Origin: Candidatus Latescibacterota bacterium
GTDB taxonomy: Bacteria > Latescibacterota > UBA2968 > UBA8231
Reading direction: 5' to 3'
Assembly: GCA_965208105.1 (NCBI GenBank)
Contig: OZ242318.1
Coordinates: forward strand, 3,808,001-3,872,000
DNA: 64,000 bases
The notes beneath the pieces were generated by a model. The model had not been told where the DNA came from, made no database searches, and was given only the letters and a program-made list of their open reading frames with translations. Shown here piece by piece: positions 8,799-17,940 of the stretch. The position numbers were made by a program, and so were the translations under genes. How positions within the stretch are numbered: the stretch's first letter is position 1; each line of letters begins with the position of its first letter.

Positions 8799-10880
8799 TT
8801 GAGGCAGAAGAGGAAACCGCTTCGAAGCCCATCTCCCACCTTGCTGCCGCGCCGACGACCCACCGGCGCAACCGAACTTCCAGTGAAAATAGCTGAATCC
8901 CCTCCGCCCTCGCCGCATGGGGGCGGCGCAGAGGAAGCCGGCGCCACCGAGCCCATCATCACCCTGCGCGCCCTCGTGCTGGGTCTCGTGACCATAACCG
9001 CCATGCTCTACTACCTGACCCAGGTAGTGCACCGCATCGGTTCCGGCACCTTCGTCCACTCCCAGTTCCCCATGGCGGTGATCATCCCCTTCGTGCTCTG
9101 GCTCTTTCTCAACGTCGTGCTCAAGCGCCTGTGGCCGCGCATGGCGCTGCGCCAGGGGGAGCTCCTGACCATTCTGGTCATGATGTGGGTGGTGGGCACC
9201 ATTCCGCAGCATGGGTGGATCAACTTCTGGGCCCCGATCCTGGCGGCGCCGACCTACTTCGCCTCGGCCGAAAATCAGTGGGCCGACACTTTCTTCGATT
9301 TTTTGCCATGGAGCGTCTTTCCGCCCACCGACCTCTCCGTGATCGACGGATTCTGGTTCGGTCTGCCCCAGGGAGCGGAACTGCCATGGGCGGCATGGGT
9401 GGGGGTCATATTCCAGTGGCTGGGTGTATCCATGGCCATGCTGGGTTTCGGCTTCTGCACCATCGTACTCTTTCACCGGCAGTGGGAGGAGAGGGAGAAG
9501 CTCACCTTTCCGCTGGCCCAGATGCCCCTCGATCTGATGCGCGGCTTCGACGGGCCGCGGCGCATGCCCGACCTCTTTCGCAGGCGCCTGTTCTGGATCG
9601 GCGCCCTCGTCGCCTTCCTCCCCATCCTCTACAATATCACTACCTACTTCACCCCAGGTCTGACCACCCTGGAGTTTCTGACCACCTACCGCTACCTCAA
9701 TCCCGAAATACCCTACATCGGCCATTTGAAGATCCGCTACATGCCCATTGTGATGGCGGTTACCTACCTGTGCCCCCTGGATATCCTCGGCAGCCTGGTG
9801 CTGTTCCGCATTCTGGAGTCGGTCAAGGTGGGGATCATTCACCGCGTCGGGTATTCGGTGGGGTCGCCGGGCCAGCAGATAAGCGGAGAGAACATAGTCT
9901 TCCTGGAGAACTACGGCGCCCTGATGTTCATAGCGATGTGGGCGGTCTGGATCGCCCGGCGCCATCTGCGCGAGCTCTGGCGCCAGGCCCGGACCGGAGA
10001 GGGAGACCCCCGGGAGGTGCGGCGCTATCGCCTCGCCTGGGCGGGGCTGCTGCTCTCCACCGTCTACGTGCTGGCCTGGGCCATGAGCCTTGGGGTCAAT
10101 CTGTTTCTCGCCGCCGGGGTGTTTGCCTTGATGGTGCTCACCCTCCTCGCCACCACCAAGCTGATCGCGGCCACCGGCTTCGCCTACCTGATGCCCTACC
10201 GGCCGCACCTGAAAGGCGACAGCTTCGTGGAGGAAATCGTCGGTACCGCCAGGATTCCCGCCCGCGACCTGACCGCCCTCAAGATTTTCACCAGCAAGGC
10301 ATTCTTCGGCACCTTCCTCATCCCCGCCTGGCCGGCGATCTCGCACATTCTGCGCATGTTCTCGCTGAGGCGTCAACCGGGGTGGGTGACCGCGGTGGTG
10401 TTCACCGCCTTTCCCGTGGGCTTCGTAGTGGCTGCGGTGTCCCTGATCGAGCTGGTCTACACCGAGGGCGGGGCCATGCTCTACGTGTCGCACTTCCGCA
10501 TTACCCAGGTGTACGAGCAGATATCCCATATCCTGCACAACCGCACCGCCTTCGACCTGGGGAAGCTGGGGGTGTTCATGTTCGGCTGGACCGAGGCGGG
10601 AATCCTGACCTACCTGAGGGCGCGGTTCCACTGGTTTCCGCTCCATCCGGTGGGACTTGCCTTCGAGGGGACCTTCGGTCCGGACCTCTACTGGTCGACC
10701 CTGGCCATCGTGTGGGTGGTAAAGCTGACCCTGTTGCGCTACGCGGGAGTCAAAGGATACCTGGCGGGAAAGCCCTTCTTCTACGGGTTGGGGATCGGCT
10801 ACGTGGGAGGGGTGATCCTCTCGGCGACGGTGGACCTGATCTGGTTCCCCAGCGCCGGCCACCGGGTGCACTGGTGGTGA
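8799..10880 (+). CDS. DUF6785/DUF6784-type polytopic membrane protein, putative transporter (start codon uncertain)
   Basis: Many TM segments; motifs ITLRALVLG, QWEEREKLTFPLAQMP, WFPLHPVG and PFFYGLGIG typical of this family. Confidence 0.75.
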   Translation: MRQKRKPLRSPSPTLLPRRRPTGATELPVKIAESPPPSPHGGGAEEAGATEPIITLRALVLGLVTITAMLYYLTQVVHRIGSGTFVHSQFPMAVIIPFVLWLFLNVVLKRLWPRMALRQGELLTILVMMWVVGTIPQHGWINFWAPILAAPTYFASAENQWADTFFDFLPWSVFPPTDLSVIDGFWFGLPQGAELPWAAWVGVIFQWLGVSMAMLGFGFCTIVLFHRQWEEREKLTFPLAQMPLDLMRGFDGPRRMPDLFRRRLFWIGALVAFLPILYNITTYFTPGLTTLEFLTTYRYLNPEIPYIGHLKIRYMPIVMAVTYLCPLDILGSLVLFRILESVKVGIIHRVGYSVGSPGQQISGENIVFLENYGALMFIAMWAVWIARRHLRELWRQARTGEGDPREVRRYRLAWAGLLLSTVYVLAWAMSLGVNLFLAAGVFALMVLTLLATTKLIAATGFAYLMPYRPHLKGDSFVEEIVGTARIPARDLTALKIFTSKAFFGTFLIPAWPAISHILRMFSLRRQPGWVTAVVFTAFPVGFVVAAVSLIELVYTEGGAMLYVSHFRITQVYEQISHILHNRTAFDLGKLGVFMFGWTEAGILTYLRARFHWFPLHPVGLAFEGTFGPDLYWSTLAIVWVVKLTLLRYAGVKGYLAGKPFFYGLGIGYVGGVILSATVDLIWFPSAGHRVHWW

Positions 10881-10976
10881 GAGCGCGGGGGAGGGCCGCC
10901 ATGGGACCTTGCGGGAAGGCGGCAAGGGATTTCGGGCGCCGGGCATCCCCGGACGGAACCTGCTTCCCATCCGGGA

Positions 10977-12677
10977 TCAGAACCGGATCTCGACGCCTTC
11001 ACCCCGCCGCAGGATGACTATCTGGTTGGCGCCGAAATCGCCGAAGCTCTCGGCATAGCCGTCGGTCCAGCGCACCGCTACCTCGGAGACCCCTTCCTCC
11101 GTCCCCAGTCCCAGGTGAACGCGCGGGTCGTTGGCCGCGAGATAGCTGTAAGCCGTGCGCACCTCGCGGGTCTTCCCGGCGCCCGCTGCCCGGAGGGTAA
11201 CGACCGCGCCCAGGGCGTCGCCGCCGTGCTCGTTAAGCACCCGGAATGCAATCCAGTTTCCCCTTGCCGCGGCCAGGTTGTGGAGCAGGTAGGCCGGCGC
11301 GTCCCGGTTGACCACCAGCACGTCCACTCCGCCGTCGTTGTCCACGTCCCCGAAGGCCGCGGCCCGGCTGGTGGCCACCAGGAGTTCCTCCGTACCTCCC
11401 CTGGGCAGGACCTCCTCGAAGCGCGCCCCCGGCCTGCCGCGGAAGAGCAGGTTGGGTTCGGCGAAGGGATCGGCGCTGTGCCGGGCGAGCTGGCTGATGT
11501 CCCCGATGCTGCCGTTGGCGAGGTAGAGGTCCAGCAGCCCGTCGTTGTCGAAGTCGAGGATGCCCACTCCGAAACGGGTGAACACCCCCCTGTCCCAGAC
11601 CAGCCCGACCGCCGCGGTGGCGTCGGTGAAGTACTCTCCCCGGTTGAGGAAGAAGGAATCCGACTGCCGGCGCAGATTGACAACCAGCAGATCGAGGGTG
11701 GAGTCGTCGTCGACATCGACGGCGCTGACCCCCATTCCCGCCTTGGCCTTGCCGCTCTCGTCCAGGGCGCAGCCCCGCAGCAGGGCCTGGTCGGCGAAGG
11801 TGCCGTCCCCCCGGTTCAGCCACAGGCGGTCCAGGTTGCTGTCGTTGGCCACGAAGATGTCGGGCCGGCCGTCCCCGTCGAAATCGCCGCAAACGACCCC
11901 CAGCCCGTTGCCCGAGGCGGCGCCCATGCCGGCTTCCGCGCTCACGTCGGCGAAGGTGCCGTCCCCGTTGTTGCGGTAGAGCACGTCGATGGTGGGAGCA
12001 TCGTACTCGAGGGGGTAGCAGTAGTCCGGCTCTCCCAGGGGATTGGGGCATTCCCTTTCAACCTCCATGGACCAGCCGACGTAATTGGTGGCGAACAGGT
12101 CGAGGTCGCCGTCCGCGTCGTAATCGAGGAAGGCCGCGCTTGCGCCCCAGCTTCCATCTCCCACCCCGGCCGTGGCTGTGACGTCCGCGAAGCGTCCATT
12201 GCCTTCGTTGCGCAGCAGAACATTGGGTCCGACGTTGGTAACGTAGAGGTCGGTGTTGCCGTCGTTGTCGTAGTCTCCCGTGGCCACCCCCATGCCGTAG
12301 CCGCGGTGGCCGGCGCCGCTTTGAGGGGTGACGTCGTCGAAGCGGCCATCGCCCCTGTTGCGATAGAGCCGGTTGCCGGGACGGGCGCGCTCCCCGGCTT
12401 CCAACCGCCCCCCCTGCACCAGGTAGGCGTCCAGGTCGCCGTCGCCGTCCATGTCGAAGAGGGCGGCTCCACCTGCCATTATCTCGGGCATCAGGTGGCG
12501 GCCTCGGTGGCCGGATTCGAAGCTGAAGCCGATTCCTCGGTCGGCGGCGGCGTCCCGGAACCAGGGGGATCCGGGTGGGGAATTCGCAGTCCCCACATCC
12601 CCTTTCTGGCCGCAGCCGCAAAGAATCAGCAGGACGGCGGTGCCACACAGGGGCAACCACTGGCGACCGGAACCCAT
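10977..12677 (-). CDS. CRTAC1 family protein (FG-GAP repeats + ASPIC/UnbV), probable lipoprotein
   Basis: Repeated D[FY]DxDGxxD[LI] motifs; C-terminal YLAANDPRVHLGLG...VRWTDG; lipobox-like LCGC. Start set at 12677 because the ORF-track start at 12710 lies inside a MITE. Confidence 0.9.
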   Translation of the reverse strand: MGSGRQWLPLCGTAVLLILCGCGQKGDVGTANSPPGSPWFRDAAADRGIGFSFESGHRGRHLMPEIMAGGAALFDMDGDGDLDAYLVQGGRLEAGERARPGNRLYRNRGDGRFDDVTPQSGAGHRGYGMGVATGDYDNDGNTDLYVTNVGPNVLLRNEGNGRFADVTATAGVGDGSWGASAAFLDYDADGDLDLFATNYVGWSMEVERECPNPLGEPDYCYPLEYDAPTIDVLYRNNGDGTFADVSAEAGMGAASGNGLGVVCGDFDGDGRPDIFVANDSNLDRLWLNRGDGTFADQALLRGCALDESGKAKAGMGVSAVDVDDDSTLDLLVVNLRRQSDSFFLNRGEYFTDATAAVGLVWDRGVFTRFGVGILDFDNDGLLDLYLANGSIGDISQLARHSADPFAEPNLLFRGRPGARFEEVLPRGGTEELLVATSRAAAFGDVDNDGGVDVLVVNRDAPAYLLHNLAAARGNWIAFRVLNEHGGDALGAVVTLRAAGAGKTREVRTAYSYLAANDPRVHLGLGTEEGVSEVAVRWTDGYAESFGDFGANQIVILRRGEGVEIRF

Positions 12678-12682
12678 CCCTA

Positions 12683-12844
12683 GTGCTCCGTCGCAGAAAT
12701 ATGTCGCCATTTTTCCACCGATCCATCCCGGCTCACGGCGTTGCCTTCACTCGCCGTACACCGCTGGTACGACTCGCTCAGGCGCCTTGTGAGCCGGGCG
12801 CCTCGGCGGCCCAATTTCGTCAACCTGTCTCTGCGACGGGACAC
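12683..12844. mobile_element. MITE copy 1 (162 bp, TA duplication, IS630-like target)
   Basis: Imperfect TIRs GTGCTCCGTCGCAGA / TCTGCGACGGGACAC, TA on both sides; inverted homolog at 17760..17921. Confidence 0.85.
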
Positions 12845-14253
12845 TAGGGGTCCTCCCTCCGGGCTTTGAGTCGCCGCACTTCCTGCAGCATTCCCTCGAG
12901 CTTGGGATTGAGGGCGGCGGCGCGTTTGAAAGCGGCTTCAGCCTGGTCCAGCTCTCCGAGTCTCTTCCAGGCCTCGCCGAGGCTCATGAAAGCCTGGTAG
13001 TAGGTCGAGTCGAGTTCGGTGGCGGCCTGGAGACTGGCGAGCCCGGCCTCCCACTGCTCCATGGAGCAGCGGACCAGCCCAAGCTGCAGCTGGTGCCGGG
13101 GATTGTGCGGGTCCTGCTGCAGCGCCAGTTCCAGGGCCTCCGCCGCGGCGGGGTAGCTGCCCAGTTGGGCAAGAAGGTATCCCTTTTTTGCGTAGGCTTC
13201 TCCCAGCCTGGGGTCCAGGGCAATGGCCCGGTCCAGATGCTCGAGGGCCGCGCTGGAGTTTTGCAGCCCGGTGTAAGCGGATGCCAGATTCAAATGAACC
13301 TGGACGTCCTCCGGGGAGTCCCTCGACAATTGCCGATGTACTTCGAGCGCCTTCCTGAACTGTTTGCGGCTGCTGTAGATCATGCCCAGATTCTGCAGCA
13401 CGGCCTGATCCCGGGGGTAGATCCGCCGCAGTTTCTCCAGTAGGCCGAGGGCGGCATCCATGCGCCCGGCAGCGAAGAACCGGCGCGCCCTCTCGAACTC
13501 CACGTCCAGACCCGTCTTGTGCCGGATTACCTCCCTGTCCCACTCGTCCGGGGCAGGCAGGGGGGAGCTACCGGCGCCGAGCTCCAGGGCTGTCCTGGCT
13601 TCCTCCCAGCGGCCCAGTTGGCGGTAGGCCGTCCCCAGGAGCAGTTGGGCATAGCCGTCCCGGGGCCACTTCTTCACCACATCCTCGAGCACGTCCGCCG
13701 CCTTTCCGGGCTGCTGCCGCTGCAGCAGGACCCGGGCATGGCCCCACCAGCCGGAAGGATCGTCCGGGTCGAGGGCGATGGCCGCTTCGAACGAGGTCTG
13801 CGCCTGCTCCAGATGTCCCTCCTCCAGTTGCCACATGCCCAGGCGCCAGCGCATGGGCGCAAAGTCCGGGGCCGCGGCGACGACCCGCCCGGCTGCCTCA
13901 TGGGCGCCGGCCCGGTCCCCCATGGTCATCTTGATCTTCGCCACCCGGTACCAGGCCCTGGGGTGGTTTTCGTCGAGGGCGAGGGCGTGGAGATAGCTGT
14001 CCAGGGCGAGGGAGGTGAGGAGGTGGGCTTCGTAGACGTAGCCCAGGCGCAGCCACAAATGCGGGTTCCCCGGGTCGGCGGAAATCTCCTGGAGGGTCAG
14101 CTCCACCCGCTGGCGGAGCAGGGGATCCCTGCCCTGGAGGACGTCCGGGACGGTCAGGTCGAGGGGGCGGGGCGGCCACAGGACAACAGTGGCCGCGGCG
14201 CCGGCCGCCGCTGCGATCAACAGCCCTATGAGGTGCGTTTTTCCGAGTCGCAT
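12844..14253 (-). CDS. Membrane-anchored tetratricopeptide repeat protein
   Basis: N-terminal hydrophobic anchor and about 10 TPR-like units (e.g. AIALDP, ALQQDP, LG.AY). Confidence 0.88.
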   Translation of the reverse strand: MRLGKTHLIGLLIAAAAGAAATVVLWPPRPLDLTVPDVLQGRDPLLRQRVELTLQEISADPGNPHLWLRLGYVYEAHLLTSLALDSYLHALALDENHPRAWYRVAKIKMTMGDRAGAHEAAGRVVAAAPDFAPMRWRLGMWQLEEGHLEQAQTSFEAAIALDPDDPSGWWGHARVLLQRQQPGKAADVLEDVVKKWPRDGYAQLLLGTAYRQLGRWEEARTALELGAGSSPLPAPDEWDREVIRHKTGLDVEFERARRFFAAGRMDAALGLLEKLRRIYPRDQAVLQNLGMIYSSRKQFRKALEVHRQLSRDSPEDVQVHLNLASAYTGLQNSSAALEHLDRAIALDPRLGEAYAKKGYLLAQLGSYPAAAEALELALQQDPHNPRHQLQLGLVRCSMEQWEAGLASLQAATELDSTYYQAFMSLGEAWKRLGELDQAEAAFKRAAALNPKLEGMLQEVRRLKARREDP

Positions 14254-14420
14254 GTTCCCCGATTGATCAGCAATGTGCTCGCGCCTCGCGAATTTTCAAA
14301 AGCCCGGCCAGGCCCTGGGGGGTTTCGCGCCGCAGGATGCCGCGCCGGGGGATCCTTGCCCAGGAGTCCTTGGGCAGGAAGCGCGGCATGCGCAGGGAAA
14401 CGATCCCGGCAGGGGGATTA

Positions 14421-16142
14421 TCACGAGCGCGGCGATCCGCTCTCGCCCGTAGTCTCCATGGTCATGAGCTGGATGATGTCGTTGCTGGTGACCGCGCCCA
14501 AAAACTTTTCCGAGTCCCTTTCCACGACGGGCATGACGGAAAGAGAACTCTCTGACATACGGTGCAGCACGTCTTCGACTTGCTCATCAGGCCAGGCCAA
14601 TGGGGTTTGGCGCCGTACCACAGCGTCGAGCCGGGTCTTGCCCCAGGCGTCCTTGGGCAGGTAGCGGAGCATCTCCAGAGATACGATCCCGACCAGCGCT
14701 TCCTTATCTGCCACGACGTAGTGGGGCTGGTGCGGAACGATCCACCGCTCCGTGAAATCACGCACTGTGACCGAAGGCGCCGGATGCGGATGCGAGCGGT
14801 CCAGAATGTCATCGATCCTGATGTCTTCCAGCGCGAAGCGGACCATTCCCAACGGAATGTCGTCAAGTTGCGCCGGCAGGTCGGTCCTGCGGCTGGTCCG
14901 GCTCACCGCGAAGTTGATCACCCCCGGCATGAACAGGATGTAGCAGAACATCACCAGCACCAGGAATGAGAAAACCACCTCGTCGATGATTCCGGAGTCC
15001 CACATGACCAGCAGCAGCGCGATTTCAGCCACTCCCTTGCCCATCAGTCCGGTGGCCACGGCGTAGGGAACGACGAGGCGGGACACGTAAGCGCCGATGA
15101 AGGCGCCGGTGAAGTTGCCGAGCAATGGGATCAGCGCCAATCCCGCCATGGCCCCCAGCGGCAAGGTCGCGAAGGTAAAGCTGAAGCACAATCCGGCGGA
15201 AGCAAAGAAGAGGGGCACGAAAAATCCCTCGGCCACGCTGCGAAACCCTGGGATGATCTCCCGCCGCACCTGGTAGGGAAGGCTCGACAGCGACGCCCCG
15301 AACAGTAAAGCACCCAGCGAGCCGTGGAGTCCCACTGCTTCCGCGCCGTACACTATCAGGAAGAGCATGCCAAGCAGTAGACCCAGGGAGAGTTGCGGCA
15401 CCTGGATCACCCGCTGCAACAGCGCCACCAACGGCGGCAGCACCCGCGACGACAAAACCCAGGTCACCACCGAAAAACCGGCGACTTTGCCCAGCAAAAT
15501 CAGTATGCCCACAGGCGAAACCTGGTGGGCGTGTTCGCCGATGCTGACGCCGATCAGCAGCAGGGCAATCAACTCGGCGATGATCACCACCGTGAAGATC
15601 TGCAGTCCAACCGGCTGTTTCAGGTATCCGCCGTCCGTCAGCACTTTGGCCACGATGCCCAGACTGGTCATCGAAAGCACGCCGGCCAACGCCAGCGACT
15701 CGGTGAAATTCAGCTGCAGTCCGAAATCGAATACTGAATCGGTGGTGACCAGCATCGAAATGCTCAGGGAAACGATCACGGACAGTACGGCCGCGAGGAA
15801 GTAATGGCCTTTGAGGGACGACATGAAACTGGAAATATCCACTTCGTCCAGGCCGATCAGGAAAAAGAATACGAACACGCCCAGCGTCAGAACCAGCTCG
15901 AGGTGCAGCGAAGACTCAATCCACCAGACGCCGGTCTGTTCCATGACCGGCCCGAGAAAAATACCTGACGCCGCATAGGCGACGATGGAGTTCAACCGCA
16001 GCCTGCGAAAAACGCCCTCGGCCAACTTGGCGACGATGATGAGCATCCCGAGAGTCAACAGGGACCGGTGCAGTTCGTGCGCGTGCTCAGCGAATCTGAA
16101 CAGGTCCACTATTTCCTGGAGCGAGAAGCCTTCCATGGACAT
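14421..16142 (-). CDS. Cation:proton antiporter (CPA2/Kef-like) with C-terminal CBS pair
   Basis: About 12 TMs; TSLGIVAKVL, GFFVPLFFASAG and MGKGVAEI motifs; CBS-like tail (LVGIVS, MPVV..FLGAVT..DI). Confidence 0.88.
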   Translation of the reverse strand: MSMEGFSLQEIVDLFRFAEHAHELHRSLLTLGMLIIVAKLAEGVFRRLRLNSIVAYAASGIFLGPVMEQTGVWWIESSLHLELVLTLGVFVFFFLIGLDEVDISSFMSSLKGHYFLAAVLSVIVSLSISMLVTTDSVFDFGLQLNFTESLALAGVLSMTSLGIVAKVLTDGGYLKQPVGLQIFTVVIIAELIALLLIGVSIGEHAHQVSPVGILILLGKVAGFSVVTWVLSSRVLPPLVALLQRVIQVPQLSLGLLLGMLFLIVYGAEAVGLHGSLGALLFGASLSSLPYQVRREIIPGFRSVAEGFFVPLFFASAGLCFSFTFATLPLGAMAGLALIPLLGNFTGAFIGAYVSRLVVPYAVATGLMGKGVAEIALLLVMWDSGIIDEVVFSFLVLVMFCYILFMPGVINFAVSRTSRRTDLPAQLDDIPLGMVRFALEDIRIDDILDRSHPHPAPSVTVRDFTERWIVPHQPHYVVADKEALVGIVSLEMLRYLPKDAWGKTRLDAVVRRQTPLAWPDEQVEDVLHRMSESSLSVMPVVERDSEKFLGAVTSNDIIQLMTMETTGESGSPRS

Positions 16143-16176
16143 ATTGAAGCTCTCCGCAGGTGCCGTTTGGGGGTCT

Positions 16177-17453
16177 TTAGTACGAGTCTCTCAGTTTTTC
16201 GACCCCGCGGTACTTGCCGTCCGTACCAATCACGGTCAGGAACACGGCGTCGGATCCCTGGTTATCGTCCGGCCCGTATTTGAGCTGCATGCCGTCAATT
16301 TCTATGGCGCCGGCGTCTCGCACCGCGTGGAGAAGGCCCTCTCGACTCAGGTCGGGGCCGCAGGCTTGGAGACCGGCGACGGCCAGGCGTCCGGCCAGAT
16401 AACCTTCCAACGAAACGAACCCGGGTTCCGCCTGGGGGGCGTACTCGGAGAGGGCGCCGTGGTATCGAGCCACCACGGGGATGTCTTCGTCATCGGGGGA
16501 GGAACTACCTGCGTAACGTAGACGCCGGCCCCGTCGGGCCCCAACTCCTTCGCCAAAGCGTTGCTCCCCACGAAGGAGACCGTCATGAATACCGGGTCAA
16601 GCTCACGCCGCACCAACTCTATGGTCTTGACCACCGGCTTGTAGGAGCCAATCAAGATCACCGCTTCCGGATTGGCCGCGGTGATCTCGAGCGCGGCTCC
16701 CTTCACGGCGCGGGTATTGCGCGGGTAGTGCGAGGCCGCTACCGGCACCAGGCCCCGGCGCTCCAGCGCCAATCGCGCGCCCTCCAGCCCGTTCAAGCCG
16801 AAGGAATCATCCTGATAGAGGACGGCAACGCGGGTGATCCCCACATCCCCGGTGAGCCGCGCCACCATCTCCTCGGTTTCCTGGTAGTACGATGCCCGGA
16901 CGTTGAGCACATTGTCCAACTCCGGGTCGCGCAGGAACTCGGCCCCCGTGAACGGAGCCAGGAAGGGCACCCCGGCCGCCCGGGCCAGCGGTGATGCAGC
17001 GCGGGACGTGGGCGTGCCCACCGCTCCGATCAGCGCGAATACTCCTCCATTCTCAATCAACCGCTGCGTGTTGGAGGCGGCGAAGTCGGTTTCATAGCCG
17101 TCATCCAACGCCTTGAGCTTCAGTTCGCGGCCATGGACGCCTCCTGCCTGGTTGGCCTCGTGGAATGCCGCCTCGATTCCCAGGCGCATCGCCTTGCCCA
17201 ACTCCCGGGCAGGCCCGGTGAACGCGGCGGATTGACCGAAGAGGACGTGGTCGTCGGAAAACCCGGGGCCCTCGTGGCCCTCTTTCTGCGCCGTTGCCGG
17301 GTGCGGCGTATTCATTCCCCTTCCGCCGTCATTTGGCTCGGGGGCGTCCTGCCCGCCCAGACAGGCCATGCCAAGGGCCGCCAGCAGCAACCCTGCAATC
17401 ATCACAAGGGGGGGTATCAAGTGAGAAACCAAACGCCGTGCCGGCTTCATCAT
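16177..17453 (-). pseudogene. Branched-chain amino acid-type ABC substrate-binding protein, frameshifted near 16495
   Basis: GAGGAG RBS before ATG 17453; motifs GQSAAFTG, AGGVHGR, DDGYE and VGTPT; the C-terminus (EPGFVSLEGY...DNQGSDAVF) continues in another frame after a G5 tract. Confidence 0.8.
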
Positions 17454-17759
17454 TGCGTTCTCCTCACTGGGCAGATTGTGGAAGAGTAGAATCAGCGTCT
17501 TCTCCCCGCTACCCAAACCCATGCCATCGGCGCGGGCCTGCTGCCCGGTTTCCCCGGGCGGGGATTCCCGCAAATGACGGACCAATTAAGTATCAACGGG
17601 GCAGACCGTCAAGGAACGGGGACTCCCTTGCGCAGCTTGTCCGGCAGGTACCGGAGGTCTATATTTTCGACTCCGAAACCAGACCGATGAAGCGGCCAAA
17701 ATCAGGTCCGGCCGCGCCCTCATTCCACCTCGCGATCATACTTCATGACCACAAGACTA

Positions 17760-17921
17760 GTGTCGCGTCGCAGAGATAGATTGACAAAATTGGGATGCCG
17801 AGGCGCCTGGCTCACAAGGCGCCTGAGCGAGTCGTACCGGGGGTGTACGGCGAGCGAAGGCAACGCCGTGAGCAGGGATGGATCGGCGTTCCAATGTCGA
17901 CATATTTCTGCGACGCGACAC
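17760..17921. mobile_element. MITE copy 2 (162 bp, TA duplication)
   Basis: Perfect 15-bp TIR GTGTCGCGTCGCAGA / TCTGCGACGCGACAC, flanked by TA; about 20 mismatches against the reverse complement of copy 1 by manual alignment. Confidence 0.85.
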
Positions 17922-17940
17922 TAAGAGAGGGAGTTGGTTC

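Noticed and set aside
12451-12847. Short ORFs over the MITEs (also 17757..17986) and the extended CRTAC1 starts at 12710 and 17878
   Set aside because: They arise from MITE sequence. Downstream ATGs give normal signal peptides, and nothing resembles a transposase.
12683-17921. Composite transposon or already inverted segment bounded by the MITEs
   Set aside because: Each copy has its own TA duplication, copy 1 reconstructs a native TPR-CRTAC1 junction, and the copies are diverged, so independent insertions are the simpler explanation.
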